64,000 bases of DNA from the NCBI GenBank assembly GCA_009602735.1, contig WELA01003378.1, positions 3,712 to 67,711 of the forward strand, given 5' to 3'. Shown here in pieces: positions 24,017 through 37,889 of this stretch. The first letter of the stretch is position 1, and every line of letters begins with the position of its first letter. The notes under the pieces were generated by a model that searched no databases, was not told the DNA's origin, and saw nothing but the letters and a program-made list of their open reading frames with translations. The stretch comes from Mesotaenium endlicherianum (taxonomy: Eukaryota). A program made the translations under genes and the position numbers.

Positions 24017-25329
24017 TTAGCACAAGGTATCCCATCGCACCATATATAGTCCTCGGACCATATATGGTCTAGCTAACCCCCACTTTTCAGCATTGACCTC
24101 CAGGGTGCTGCAGTTGACCAAGTGGTACAATCTATGGCTCAAACAAACCGTGCAGACCTTAGGCAAAAAAATACAAATAGGTCTTCTGATCATCAACGAC
24201 AAAATTGTGGTCAAAAGAGTGAGGTTCAAAATTCAGGTTCATAACGAAATTTCATGTGGAAAGTCTGTCATACCCGAGATTACTAAAAAGCTCTTAGAGC
24301 CATGGCTTCTACAAATGCGCCACAAATTGTTGTGGGTGGTAAATGAAATAAATCGACTTACCAAATAGGCGATTAACAATAAATAAAGATCTTTATATCA
24401 GCAAGTAATTTTTATGGTATTTTCTGTTAATCAATTAAACAACAAAGGACAACACACTAGCAGTGGACAATACTCGCAAGTCAACTAGCATCAATAATGC
24501 AATCAGTAAACTCACACATAAGCAAGGCTAGGAGACAGTGCGTATCAATGGCTTCTCGCCTTGGATTCAAACATCTCTCAGTTTGCAGTACATGAAAGTT
24601 GGCCTCGTTTCCGAATGCCGAACTCGAGAGCAATGTCTAGCCTATGTACATGGAATGAGTTTACTGTTCAACGGCCAGTGCGATGGCACCGCCTACCCGA
24701 GAGTTAACCACGTTGGTAGGAATTCGGTCAACCAAATCCACCGCCGTCTCCCATCATCCCGAATCGCCATCCATCCCAAGGATGTCATCTGGCCATTCAT
24801 CTACCAAACCACACTTAGATGCATATTTAGGCAGTTCGCTGCTATCGAGTACGGAAATCAGCTGGCTATCAAAGAATGTGTCAGCAAGCTAACCTAAGTT
24901 GACTTCAGCCGGCTACTCTCAGCTGAGTCATTAAACTGATAAGTATATAAAGTCCTGCAAATTGAATGTTGACTGAAGTTTAGCAGGCTGAACTTAATTA
25001 ACTATTATATGTAAATGAATATTATATCTACCAATATACTGATTCATTACAGATTGAGACAAGCCTTATTTTATGAAGTCCAGCAGACTCAATATTAACT
25101 AAAGTTCAGCAGGCTGAACTTATTTAACTATTTTATTCAAATTATTATTATATCTACGAATATATTGATTCATTACAATCCCTCCAACTTAACATGTTGT
25201 CGCCTCAACAACACTAACACTGGGTACATGGTTCCTTTAGTTGAAAGTGCTGATCTGACTCCCAACACCTTTTGCTTCAACACTGATTCCGGTGGGGATC
25301 ACTAGTAACAGCGTGCTGTCCCTTCCGCC

Positions 25330-26994
25330 CTCAGCCTACTGCCATTAGAAGGGAGATGTCCCTGGGGCCCTATGATGAGGGCAGCCAGACCTCCTCCTGT
25401 CTTAGGGTGACCTGAAGCCTGGGGGATCCGCGTAGGGGCCCCGCGAAGAACGCAGTAACTGGGCTGTTTCCTCCTGCACAGTCTGAAACTGAATGGAGGC
25501 AGCCTTCTCCTGGGCAGCCCTCAAATTGACAGGTACATATACCAGCATCCCAGAAGAATGTTGCATGACATGAGCCAAGGGTACATGCCCTCTCTGCGAG
25601 GGAGATGCAGGCAGGCCTCTGGCTATTTCTCTAGCAGCCCTCCTGTCTGCCCTGTCAGACTAGGTCTCCGTGCTGCAGATGGGCTCTGTCCTCTGGCAAT
25701 TCCAAGCCAAGTGATATCTTCTTCTTCAGCGAGCTGATGGAAGGCCAACCCAGTCTTCTCCCTTACAGGGGATGTGGCAGGTGTCAGGATCACAGCGGGG
25801 CTAGTGTCCTCCTCCTTGCCTTCCTCTTCTTCTTCCTCTGACTCCTCCTCCTCTCCTTCCCCTGGTTCCTCTGAGACTGCTGGGGTCTCTTCTGTCAGCT
25901 GCTCCAGCTCTTCCCGAGAAAAAGAATATCCCACTTCCCCTTTTGGGTGCTGGTGGGGGCTGTTGAGTCCGGACCGCATACAGGTCCTTTTCTCCCTGCT
26001 TGCTTGCCCATTTGGCATAAGCGTGCTTCCCGTTATAGAAAGACTCTTGGGCCCTGCACCTGTCCTCCTGCATTTCTTGGCTCATGCAATCTCTTACTCC
26101 ATCCAATCTTGGGTCCCAAGCTGCAATATGAGGAGGCAACACTACGTTTCCTTGTAGGTCTGTTAGGAAGTCTTCCTCCCTTGCCTTGTCATTTTGCTGG
26201 TCCCTCATGTTGATGGTCATCCACCGCCAATCGGTGGGCTTCTGGAAGAAGGCAGGGTCTGTCCTTTTCAGAGTACAAGGGTACCAGTGCTTTGCAAAGT
26301 CCAGCTGACTGGTTTTCCGCGCCAAAACTTCCCAGCTCCTTCTCTCCACCTTATTATACATGGCCTTGAACCTGTTATGGGATGTAGAGTCCTTAAAACT
26401 GTCCGCGTCCATAGGGATCATCCTGATGACCCTATCCTTCCCCCAGATACCCGTAATCGATACAGCTCCTGCTTCGTTCACCTGGGCCATTACCTTGGCC
26501 TCTCTGACCGTATATCCTACCATCCTGGCATAATCGTGATAGAGGAGGAGTCTAGTGCTGACCTCTACATACTTGTCGAAGTTTTCAAATGTCTCCCCTT
26601 CCCTCTGCAGGATGTCCTGGTATGCCTCACTGCGACTTCTTTGGGCATACTTGAAGGCCTCTTCCAGTAGATCAAAGCCCTTGCCCAGCACTGTGTAGCG
26701 AAAACTACTGATTCTCTTCTGTTCTTCTTCTGCCTGCTGCCTCCGCCTCTCCTCAGCTTGCCTCTCCTCTTCTGCCTTCTTGGCCTCCTCTGCAGCTTTT
26801 TTGTCCAGTTCTTCCTGCCTCAGCCTTTCTTGTTCCTCCTCCTCCTTCTTCTTTTGTGCCTCCCGTTGTTGTTGGAGTTGTTGTGATTCCCGAGCGGAGA
26901 TGGAGGATGATTCGATGTCGCCACGGAATTGCAAGTATTCTGCATGTGCCTCTTCCGCTCTTCTCTTCCTCTTAAGTTCCGACTTCTGAGTCAT
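25330..26994 (-). pseudogene. ORF3 variant 2 of family A (unknown protein, frameshifted in its C-terminal third; 3' limit approximate)
   Basis: ATG 26994 directly after acceptor CAG|G. Shares YRYTV/FRYTV, DYA.MVGYT, YN.VERRSWE.LAR, HW.PC.L, PTDWRWMT, PPHIA.WDPRL.G and, in a shifted frame near 25620-25520, ARGLPASPSQRGHVPLAHV with ORF 49229-50905. Confidence 0.88.
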
Positions 26995-27351
26995 CCTGCT
27001 CAATCATAAACACAATGCAGTCAGTGAAGTCATGATACTTTGCCGCTACTGAGTGCCCGTGGTGAAGAAGAACGTGATAGGGAGAGTCCCTAGTGTGTAG
27101 TACCTTGTATGAGTGAGTATAAGAGAGAATTGAGTTCGAGAGAAAAAGTGAGTATGAGCGCAGGTTGAGTGTGTAGAATGGTTATAAAATTCGCCTGGCT
27201 GATCCCAAAACGGAACACACTCCCTCCAACTTAATTGTAAGGTGGGTTGCCCTTCACAACTATCACTATTTGTCACTAACTGTCACATTCCCCTCCGACT
27301 TATATGGAGACAGGACCTCCTGTCACCTGTCCATGTCCACTGAAATGACAA

Positions 27352-30300
27352 TTATAGAGGGGTACCAGTCGCCCAAAGGTGGAACCGTTTCAACGCCCCT
27401 TTGGCATTGGTCAGCTGGTTTTTAAATTCCCAAGTGTCCCCAGAGGCATCGTAACCCTTCCATCTGACCAGGTACTTCATGACATATTTAGATGATCGAC
27501 GGACAAGGCGAGCGTCTAAAATCTCCTCAACCTCATATTTCTCAGGGTCACCATCTCGGACAGCGGGGATCGGTCCCGGTTGGACACGTAATCGACCGGG
27601 AAACAGTGTGTATGGTTCTAGGAAAAAGACATTAAAGACTGGGTGACTCTCGTATTCTGCTGACAAGTTCAATTTGTAAGCATTCTGATTGACACGGCGC
27701 ACCACCGAATATGGACCGACCCAGACAGGACCAAGCTTTTTCTTGACCACACCAGGCAGGTACAGGTGCTGAGAGTGCAGTTTGACCAAATCGCCATTAG
27801 AAAATGTCAGTTCTCGACAAGGCTGATTAGAGTATTTTTGTTGGTTTTCCAGGGCTTTGTGCAGGTTCTGTTGGACTTTTGACAGGGTGTCGACAAACTC
27901 CTGGGTTAACTGGAGGGAGATCGGATTGTCAATCATTCAGGTTGAGTTGAAGACTCCCCTACTACATCTAAAGGAGACTTAGGGACTCTACCCAGGCTCA
28001 GTTCAAAAGGAGTCTTGCCCGTTGATGCGTGCACCGCACTGCTGATCGCAAACTGGATTTGAGGCAACAGGTCATCCCATTTGTCTTATTTTTGGTTAAA
28101 ATATGCCCTCAACACCTCTTCCAGAATTCGGTTAGTTCTTTCAGTCTGCCCATCAGTCTGAGGGTGATTTGCTATGCTGAGCAGCTGTTTGACTCCCATT
28201 AACCCCATTAAAGTTCTCCAGAACTTAGAGGTAAGTTTTGAGTCTCTGTCTAAGATGATATTAGAGGGTAGCCCATACTGGTATACTACATGGTTGTAGA
28301 ACTGCCTCGCTGTTTTGAGTGCAGTTACTTTGACAGTTGTGGGGATGAAAATGACCATTTTGTCAGTTTATCCACGACTACCAGTATCGAATCATGCCCA
28401 TTGGCAGTTCGTGGCAATGTGACCACCCAGTCCATGGATATTGTTTCCCAGCGGCCAGCTGGGATGGGCAGCGGTTGTAAGAGGCCTCCCGGTGGTGTGT
28501 GCCTAGACTTATTCTTTTGACATTGGTCACAGGACTTAACGTATTTCAAGACCTCCCGAGGTAATCCCTCCCAATGATAATGTTTTGCCAGTTTGCCAAC
28601 AGTTTTGGCCTGCCCCAAATGCCCACCCAGTAAACTGTCATGTGCTTGACTCAATAAAAGGGACCTTATGTCCACGTTATTAGGAATGACCAGCTTCAGC
28701 CTGCCTGAAGTGGTTTCAGTCACCCAGACCCCTCCCTTAAGCTTATACCCGAGTGCAGTAGCACGACACATACCAGTAGTGGGGCTGGGCTCAAATGTTG
28801 GGTCAGAAAGGTAGGCTTTCCTAAGTTGTTCAAGGAAGGACTTTTTCACCTTTAGTGAAGTGAGTGCACACAGGACTTTATCCACAGCATGCTGACTAAA
28901 GTTCCTTTCTTGCAAGTCAGGTCTTCTGGAGAGTGCATCAGCAGGATTTAACTTCCCTGGTTTGTAGTCGATCTGGACTTGGAACTGCTCCAGCATCTGG
29001 CTCCAGCGGTACTCCCTCCTCGACAGCTTGGACTTATTCTGAAAGTGAGTCGGAGCTAGACAATCTGTAGTTACCTTAAAAGCTTTACCATGTAAGTATC
29101 CTCTTAACTGTTTGAGCACATGAATGATAGCTAGCAGCTCTTTATCATGCACTGAGAAATTAATTTCTGCTGGATTAAATTTCATAGACTCATACAACAC
29201 AGGATGCCAATCCTGCCGTACCTTACCATCCTTTGTGGTTTTGTCAGCAGGCTGCAACAAAATAGCACCCATGGCAAAGTCAGAGGCATCAGTAACCACC
29301 TGCACCGGTTTGCTAGGGTCATACACGGCTAGCACTTGGGCAGAACATCTTTAAGGGTCTGGAAGGCAGCCTGCTGCTCTTCCCCCCACACATACCCTAT
29401 GTCTTTCTTAGTAAGGTCAGTCAGTTTACTGGCCTTTGTGGAATAATTCTCAATAAATCTCCTATAGTAGTTAGCCAACCCGAGGAAGGATCTAACTTTA
29501 GAGACAGACTGTAGTACTGGCCAGTCCCTTATGGTCTGGACTTTCTTAGGATCCACACTGATGCCCTTCTTACTGACAACGTGGCCTAAGAATTCAATAC
29601 TTTCCTTGAAGAAATCACACTTGCTCATTTTAGCATATAACTGATTTCTTCCCAAAATGTCCATGACTGTCTTTAAGTGTTCAGCGTGCTGAGTCTCATG
29701 TTTAGTGAAAATTAAAATATCATCCAAGAAGACTTGTACAAATTTATCCAAATAAGGCCTGAAAATGTCATTCATAGCACCCATAAAGGTGGCAGGAGCA
29801 TTAGTCAGTCCAAATGGCATCACGTTGAACGCACAGTGTCCACAACGTGTGCGGAAGGCAGTCTTGTGTTCATCCCCCTCAGCAATTCTGATTTGATGAT
29901 AACCACTCTAGAGATCAATCTTACTGAACACCTTAGCACCAGACAGGGTATCCAACAAGTCCTCAATTCTGGGTAAAGCATACTTGTTCTTTACTGTAAT
30001 TCTGTTCAGGGCTCTGTAATCCACACACATGCGCATACTGCCATCCCTTTTCTTAACAAATAGGATGGGTGCGCCGTAAGGTGATTTACTGGGAGAAATA
30101 TAACCATTTTCCTCAAGCTCTGCAATCTGTGTTTTCAACTCCTCGCTCTCCACATAAGACAAGCCATACGTGCGTTGCCAAGGTGGCTGACTCCCAGGTA
30201 ATAGATCAATCCTATGATCTACTTCCCTCTTAGGGGGTAGTCCTGGAGGCATATTAAATACATCCGTGTACTGAGCAACAATTTTTGCAGCAGTAGGGTG

Positions 30301-31140
30301 CTCCGGAGGGCTTACCTTTTTCTCCACCACTTCTTCAGGTTGAGGAGGTACCTCTCTTAGCAGCAGACAGAACATTCTGTCTTCCTTCTGGTTCCAGCTT
30401 TTGACGAACTCCATTGCATTCAGCAACTTGCATCCTCCTGGGAGCCTCTTCTTTTCCTTCATTTGCCATCCACACAGGACAAGAGGAAGAGCACTGGTGG
30501 GTGCCAAGTCAGTCTGGCCATCATTGGCTCCTCTCACTTTAACTGTACGTCTGCTCCAACACACTTCAGCTTGATGTCTAATAAGCCAGGACCTGCCTAG
30601 CACGAGATTAAAAAAGCCGGTGTTGAGTACCTCAAATGTAAGCGTTTAAATTAGAACTGCAATGCCAGAACCTAAAAGGACCTCAATAGGCCTGGTTATA
30701 ACTCCTCCCGGGATACGTGTGGCATCTCCAAGGAATATTTTTCTATTCCCTTGGGTGACAGGATGCAGCCTTAGCCGCTTAACTAAGTCCTTATAGATAA
30801 AAGTATGTGACGCCCCTCCGTCAACAAGTGCCCTAACCTTCCTACCTGCAATCATGCAATGCAGTAGGATAGGGGGGACTGTCTTTTCCTGACTTTCGCA
30901 TTGTTCTCCTGACTTAGCAAAGAAATGTTGGACATCAGGTGGAACAAGAGCATCCAGAGTGTGCACTCTCTGGATGTCTATATTGCTGATGGTCTCCTTT
31001 ATCTGTTTGTCAGGCATGCATAGTGAATCCAGTTCAGCAGGACCCATAATACCTGCTACGAGGGCAGCTAGTGACGACTCACTATCTCTAGCATCCTCAC
31101 AGTCATTAGATTGGAATATTGACTGTTGCTGTCTTTTAAA
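27352..31140 (-). pseudogene. pol: Ty3/gypsy pol (PR, RT, RNase H, integrase, chromodomain), multiply frameshifted
   Basis: [85 protein letters not shown]. Confidence 0.95.
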
Positions 31141-34100
31141 GGCTGGTCTTTTTTCTCGACCTTCGGAATGTGCCGGTCTGGACACTGCTCTCTGAAGTGA
31201 CCTGGCTGCTGGCAATGGAAGCAAATCGATTTTGCAGAGGCTGGCCTCGGCTTAGTCCTACCACCACCTCTTCCATAGCCGCCTCGAGAGAAACCACCTC
31301 TCCCTCTAGACTGCACAGCATTGTACTTATACCCATGTTCGTAGCCCTGATCATCCTCAGCCTGGTCTCCTTCAGTTGCATTGTAGGAACCGTGGGGCTT
31401 TTTGACAACCTTAGACACCAAAGCGTTACTCTGGCGCTTGTGATTGAACTGCTGCTGATCCCAGGCGTCAGCATCGTGGATCAAGTCAGCCAGTTTCTCA
31501 TACTTTTTCTCAGCAAAATGACCAGAGACCTCGGATTTCAAGCCATACCTGAAGTATGCTATCCTATACCGTTCTGGCAAATCAGGCTGCTTCATCATGT
31601 TCTCTTGGAACTTTTGAGCAAACTCAGCAACTGAAGTGGTCTGCTTCAGTGTCAGGGAGATCATCGCATAGATAGCTTTCTCCTGCTGGTTGATGACATC
31701 AAACTTCTCATGCAACTTCTCGACAAACTCTACCCACGTAGGGTCACCGAGTTGCCGAGCCTTACGCTCTTCCTTCCAGTAAAGCCACCAGTCTGCGGCA
31801 CTGCCTTTCAGTAGCGCACCGGTGTGCCTGACCTTCTCGTAATCTTGTAGTTCTGGGTAGTTCTCCAGCCACTGCTCAACATCCGCGAGAAACTTGATCA
31901 GGTAATATTTTCTGTTTCCCTCAGGATCATAGTCCAGGGGAGGTTTCGGCTTAGGCTTACTAGGCCCTCTGCCACCACCACCAGTGGTTTGAGACCCCAG
32001 TTGGTCTCTGTCCCGAAGTAGAGACATTATGATTCTTTTGTCCTCCTGTTGGGACTGATAAATGATGGACTGGTTCATTACACTATCACACTTAGATGCA
32101 TATCGAGGCAGTTCGCTGCTACCGAGTACGGAGTTCAGCTGGCTGTCAAAGAATGTGTCAGCAAGCTGACTTTAGTTAACTTCAGCCTGCTGCTTCCGGC
32201 TGAGTTGTTAAATTGATATTAAATATGAAGTCCAGCAGACTGATTACTAACTAGAGTTCAGCAAGCTGAACTTAATTAACTATTAATTTAAATAAATAGT
32301 ATATCTACTAATTTACTGATTCATTACACAATGGCAGCTGCCTCATCTGCAGCCTCTCTAGCTGCAGTATCTGCCACTGCTTCAGAATAGGTACGGGTTC
32401 TCGCTACATGGCTTTCAGCCTGATTTTCGACATTCTCGTTATCCTGGTTCTCCATGTCGCGGGAGTTGCTAGTTTGAGACCTTGTCCTTACCATACAAAG
32501 AAGACCGTGAAAACTGCTCCGATATCACTGAAATGAATCGACTTACCACATAGGCGATTAACAATAAAGTAAGATCTTTATATCAGCAAGCAATCTTTAT
32601 GGTATTTTTTGTTGATTGATTAAACAGCAAAGGACAACACACTAGCAGTGTACAATACTCGCAAGTCAAATGCAAGTAAACTAGCATCAATAATGCAATC
32701 AGTAAACTCATACATAAGCAAGGATAGAAGACAGTGCATATCAATGGCTTCCCGCCTTCGATCCAGATATCTCTCAGTAAGCAGTACAAAAGAGTTGGCC
32801 TCGTTTCCAAATGCCGAACTCGAGAGCAATGCCTAGCATATGTACATGGAATGAGTTTACTGTTCAACGGCCAGTGCGATGGCACCGCCTACCCGGGAGT
32901 TAACCACGTTGGTAGGACCTCGGTTAACCAAATCCACCGCCATCTCCCATCATCCCGAATCGCCATCCATCCCAAGGATGTCATCTGGCTATTCATCTAG
33001 CAAACCACACTTAGATGCATAGTTAGGCGGTTCGCTGTAATCGAGTACGGAAAGCAGCTGGCTATCAAAGAATATGTCACCAAGCTAACCTAAGTTGACT
33101 TCAGCCTGCTACTCTGGGCTGAGTCATTAAACTGATAAGTATATAAAGTCCAGCAGATTGAATGTTGACTGAAGTTCAGCAGGCTGAACTTAATTAAGTA
33201 TTATATGTAAATGAATATTATATCTACCAATATACTGATTCATTACAGTAAATTATTCATCTTGGCTACCTTTTTGGAAGATGCATGGGCAAAAAAGACA
33301 TTTGAACAGTATTACATAGAGATTGTCTTAGTCAGAACTGTGAGAAAAGAGGTCGTGAGGACTAAAAAGGAGAACTCATGACTCATAGAAGTGTTGTATG
33401 ACAAGGAAAAGGAGCAATGGGAGACATGGCAGGTTAGACAATACCCATCTACTGTGCCTAAAGAGTCCTGGTTTTATTCCGAGCCGCACGTAGTTCGTTT
33501 TGACTCGATTTCCTCAGGAGCCTCTCTGCTTTCAAGTTCGAGGGAGAATGAGGGTTAAAGTCTAATTTTGTCCTCCCAAGATTCAAATGATGACTCATAG
33601 CCAAGGTCTAGTGATGGTGAGGAGGAGGAGGAGGATGAGGAGGAAGAGGAGGAGGAGGAGGATACTATGAGGAAGAGGGGCAAGCCCGACACTGGAAGAG
33701 GTAAGCAGTTGATGCTCACTGTTCCTACTGTTAGAATGAGAAATGGGAGAGGAGGAGAAGGGCAATAGCTCCATAACCATAATTGCTCCATAACCATAAC
33801 TGCTCCAAACATTGTGGCGCACTACAAAACACACAAAGACGTTGTTGATCAATTTTACAAGCTCTATATGAGAGATAACTACTCTGTCGAGACTTCTGCT
33901 GTGGGCTTGAAGTGGTGGCACAAACTATAGTGGATCAGTTTGATGCTGCCCTGGCCAATGCCTACAACCTGGCCCATCCTGGGAGTGACAAGTATCCCTT
34001 CATGTTAGATGTTGTTGCGGAGATGATAGACTTCCATGATCCACATGAGGGAGGCGCTTTCGCTGGAGTGCGGGGCGGGCTGGGATGGACTGGATCCTAG

Positions 34101-35011
34101 GGAGACACTTTCCTGAGCACCTTCCAGGAGGTTCTAGACCAGTGTGTGTAGTGTGCAGGAGCACGCTGTATGATTTAGGCCATGAGAAGAGTAAGGTGAG
34201 GCCTAGCTATTGGTGCGTGACATGTGAAGTAGGGCTTTGCCCCGCGCCTTGCTTTGAGGAGTACCATACCAACAGGCACATAGCACATGTAGATAGTGGC
34301 CCCTACAGGCTGAGTAGCAGTAACTAGTAGGGCTTTAGAGCAGAGGAACAGCAACAAAAACATATATGAAGGACATTGTGCTTCATATCGTACGTAGTTC
34401 AGCTTCATGTGTGCAAAGCTGTGGATACTGCAATATTTTGCAATTAATAATTTATTTTTAATCATTATCATTGATTATTTTTTATTTGAATATTTTTTTG
34501 TACGTAAAATAACACCTTACTTTTAAGCTCCACTTTACAGATTATTGTTTGCATGTGTGAAAAATAAGTTATGAATTATTAAGTGTGATGCTTTGTTGCA
34601 TGAGGCACTAAAAAGTACAAAAAATACCCGGACCCCATATGGTCCACTAAGTACAGAGTGTGCCTGCACAAAGCTACTGATCAGAAAGAAGTAATATCTG
34701 TTTCATTTGATTGGTAAGATACATGCCTATCCCAGAATTAATCAACAACTGCTGGTTCATTTCCAAACTCATAATGTGTGTAGTCAAAGTTGGCCCTATT
34801 TGCTCGTTTTTTGTTACCGTATACACTTTGTACGAAAAGTGCACCACACCTTTCCGAAAGTTGCAGGCCACATGGCCGATGCAATACCTTGTGATGTAAA
34901 TTCTCTAATGATCTATCACACATAGTCATAGCTTCATTGGTTATTTTAATATAGTGTGACTTAAGTGGTGCATTATTGGGTCATATATGGTCTTCTCCTC
35001 GGAAGACCTAG

Positions 35012-35560
35012 TGATAAGAAAAGTCGTGTACAAGATAGGATAAGATTAGATCAGATCAGACTAGACTAGACTAGGCTCCCTCTACTTCTTTGTGCTTCCC
35101 ATTTATGCTTCAACTCTAAGTGTCCTCTCTAGCAAAGTACCTCCAGAACCTCTACTATGGCTCCTTCCATGTAGGTGACCTTGCCTTGTTGAACAAGCTA
35201 GCACACACACACGCACACAATCACATTCTAAAATATTCTACTACACATCCACTAACTCCTCAGGGAGTTTCTAGAAATTCCACAATCACTTTGGCACGCT
35301 ACGTAATTGTACGTAGTTTTTGGGACCCTCATGATTCAATGTCCTACTCTCTGGACTCCAACCGGGATTTTCGTCACTGGACCTTTCCTTGTCACTAAAT
35401 TGAATATGTGCCATTTAAAACTCAGTTAAAATTCCCAAAATCCATAACTTTCTCAATACTTATCCAAACGACTTGAAACAAAGTCCAAATTTTTTCTAGA
35501 ATTACACTCTATGCATATAGAATGCTATAAAAACTACAAATTACACTTTCATAACCTTCC
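35012..35560. mobile_element. LTR-like fragment of another family; boundaries approximate
   Basis: Its 3' part (AAAATCCATAACTTTCTCAATAC..TACACTCTA..) resembles the end of solo LTR 39093-39840. Contains AGAT/AGAC pentamer repeats near 35033-35074. Confidence 0.45.
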
Positions 35561-37145
35561 TAATGTCCTTTCTAGAAGATCTGATCTGCAAGAAAGTAAC
35601 TTTGGTCAGGATGCTGTTGATAGGGTTTTTTGTGCACTCACTTTACGTAAGGAGAAAAAGTCCTTCCTTGAACAACTTAGGAAAGCCTACCTTTCTGACC
35701 CAATATTTAACACCAGCCCAACTGAAGGTATGTGTCTTGCTATTACACTCGGTTATTAGCTAAAGGGATTGGTCTGGATGAATGAAACCACTTCAGGCAA
35801 GCTGAAGATGGTCATTCCTAAGAACTTGGAACTAAGGTCTTCATTATTGAGTCAAGCTCATGACAGTTTACTAGGTGGACACTTGGGGCAAGCCAAAATT
35901 GTTGGCAAACTGGCAAAACATTACCACTGGGAAGGGTTATCTTGTGAGGTCTTAAAATATGTTAAATCCTGTGATGAGTGTCAAAAAAACAAGGCCGGAC
36001 ACACACCATCCGGGGGGTTATTGCAACCATTACCTATCCCAGCTGAAAGATGGAAAACTATCTCAATGGACTGGGTGGTAACACTACCGAGAACCGCCAA
36101 TGAGCAAGATCCTATTTTGATAGTAGTGAATAAACAAACAAAGATGGTCATTTTTATCCCCACCACTGTGAAAGTAACTGCACTCAAAACGGCAAGACAA
36201 TTTATAAGAACGTGGTCTGCCTACATGGGCTACCCTCTAACCTCATATCCGACAGGAACTCAAAATGCACCTCTAAGTTTTGGAGAACATTAATGGAGTC
36301 AATGGGAGTCAAACAGCTGCTCAGCACAGCAAACCATTCTCAGACTAATGGGCAGTCTGGGAGAACGAACAGAGTTCTGCAAGAGGTATTGAGAGCTTAC
36401 ATATAAAAAAAAACAGGAAAATTGAATTGACTTGTTGTCTCAAATTCAGTTCGTTGTCAACAGCGCTGTTCATGCGTCAACGGAGAAGACTCCTTTTGAA
36501 CCTAGTCTGGGTAGAGTTCTTAAGTCCTCCTTAGATGTCCTAGGGGAACCATTGACTCACCCCAAAAAACTCGTGAATCCAATCTTCCTTCAGCTAACCC
36601 AGGAATTTGCTGACACCGTGTCAAAAGTTCAAAGGAACCTGTATAAGGCACAAGACACCCAACAAAAATACACTAATCAACACCGTCGAAAATTGACATT
36701 ATCTAAGGTGATTTGGTCAAACTGCACTGTACCTTCCCGGTGTGGTCAAGAAAAAGCTTGGTCCAGTTTGGGTCGGTCCATATTGGGTGGTACGTCGGGT
36801 CGTCAGAATGCTTACAAAATGAATATGTCGGCGAAATATGAGGAGCATCCAGTCTTTTATGTCTCTTTCCTGGAACCATATATCAAGGGTGATACATTGT
36901 TCACAGGTCGGTTACCTGTCCAACCAGGACCGGTCCCCGCCGTCCGAGATGGTCACCTTGAGGAGTATGAGGTGGATGAGATTTTGGAGGCTCGTTCCGC
37001 ACGTCGATCATCTAAATATGTCATGAAGTACCTGGTCAGATGGAAGGGATGCATCTGGTGACACATGGGACTTCAAGGACCATTTAGTATACGCAAAAGG
37101 GGCGTTGAAACGTTTCTATCTTTGGGAAGCTGGTATACTCCCATA
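35561..37145 (+). pseudogene. pol: Older family A pol fragment (integrase + chromodomain), 5'-truncated
   Basis: [56 protein letters not shown], with many stops and frameshifts. Confidence 0.93.
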
Positions 37146-37889
37146 ACTGTCATTGCAGTTGACGGGGACAGATGACAGGAAGTCCTGTCTCCATTTAAGA
37201 TGGATGGGCAGGTGACAGAAAGTGACAGTTTAGTGACGATTGTGACCAACAGTCCGTCAAGCCATTAAGATGGAGGGATTGTGACATCTTTTTGATAGTC
37301 AGGAAGCTGCCCTTACAAATATAAACTCACATTCAACCGCACTGTAACTCACTCATCACAGTGTTACATTCTTGGAAATACCTCTGTGTCAGGCTTATCA
37401 CTCCCACTCACTCCTCTCGCAAGGTAAATTAGGACAGGTTGTAACTACGTTCTTGCCCATTATGCCTCTACGGGTGTCCCATTATGCCTCTTCGGGTGTC
37501 CTGTACTCTACTCCTATACTAACTGAGCTATTGCATGTGTGAGCAGGATGACCAAACGGAAGAACGAACTTAACAGTAGATGGCTCGGTGCACCCTATAG
37601 GGTGCATATGACATATTTGGGTGCATGTATAGACCCCTCTAGTACAGGCCGCCATTTACTGTGTAGTTATCCATTTTCACTAAAATTAAGCTTAAACGAT
37701 TGCAAATGTCGCCGAGTAGCCGAGAATAAATTGGCGACCAAATCCGACGAGTTTTCACAAAGTTACAAGTGAAAACGTACACCCTCTGAATCGGTCTGAG
37801 CAAAAAATGAAACAGCGAATCTGCTAACTTTTGCGAGAAAGAAGAAGGAGAGCCTCTTCTTCTTCAAAACCTTTCTTACTCAATCCGCC

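Larger units (their letters stand above)
24344..33247 (-). mobile_element. Full-length degenerate Ty3/gypsy chromovirus, family A, with TSD GTAAA and ORF3 variant 2
   Basis: 5' LTR 33247-32529, PBS TGATATCGGAGC, gag disrupted by an LTR fragment (~32070-32328), frameshifted PR-RT-RH-INT-chromodomain (~31140-27352), ORF3, PPT 25192-25178, 3' LTR 25177-24344. GTAAA at 24339-24343 and 33248-33252. Confidence 0.95.
24021..34893 (+). mobile_element. piggyBac-like element C, internally deleted and split by the Ty3 insertion 24344-33247; right end uncertain
   Basis: Removing the insertion joins ATG 24302 MASTNAPQIVVGGK|LFILATF. Acidic tract near 33620; APNIVAHYKTHKDVVDQF..KWWHK near 33800-33925; Cys-rich C-terminus CVVC..SYWCVTCEVGLCPAPCFEEYH at 34085-34327. 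Possible right TIR GATGCAATACCTTGTG (34878-34893) against left end CACAAGGTATCCCATC. Confidence 0.75.
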
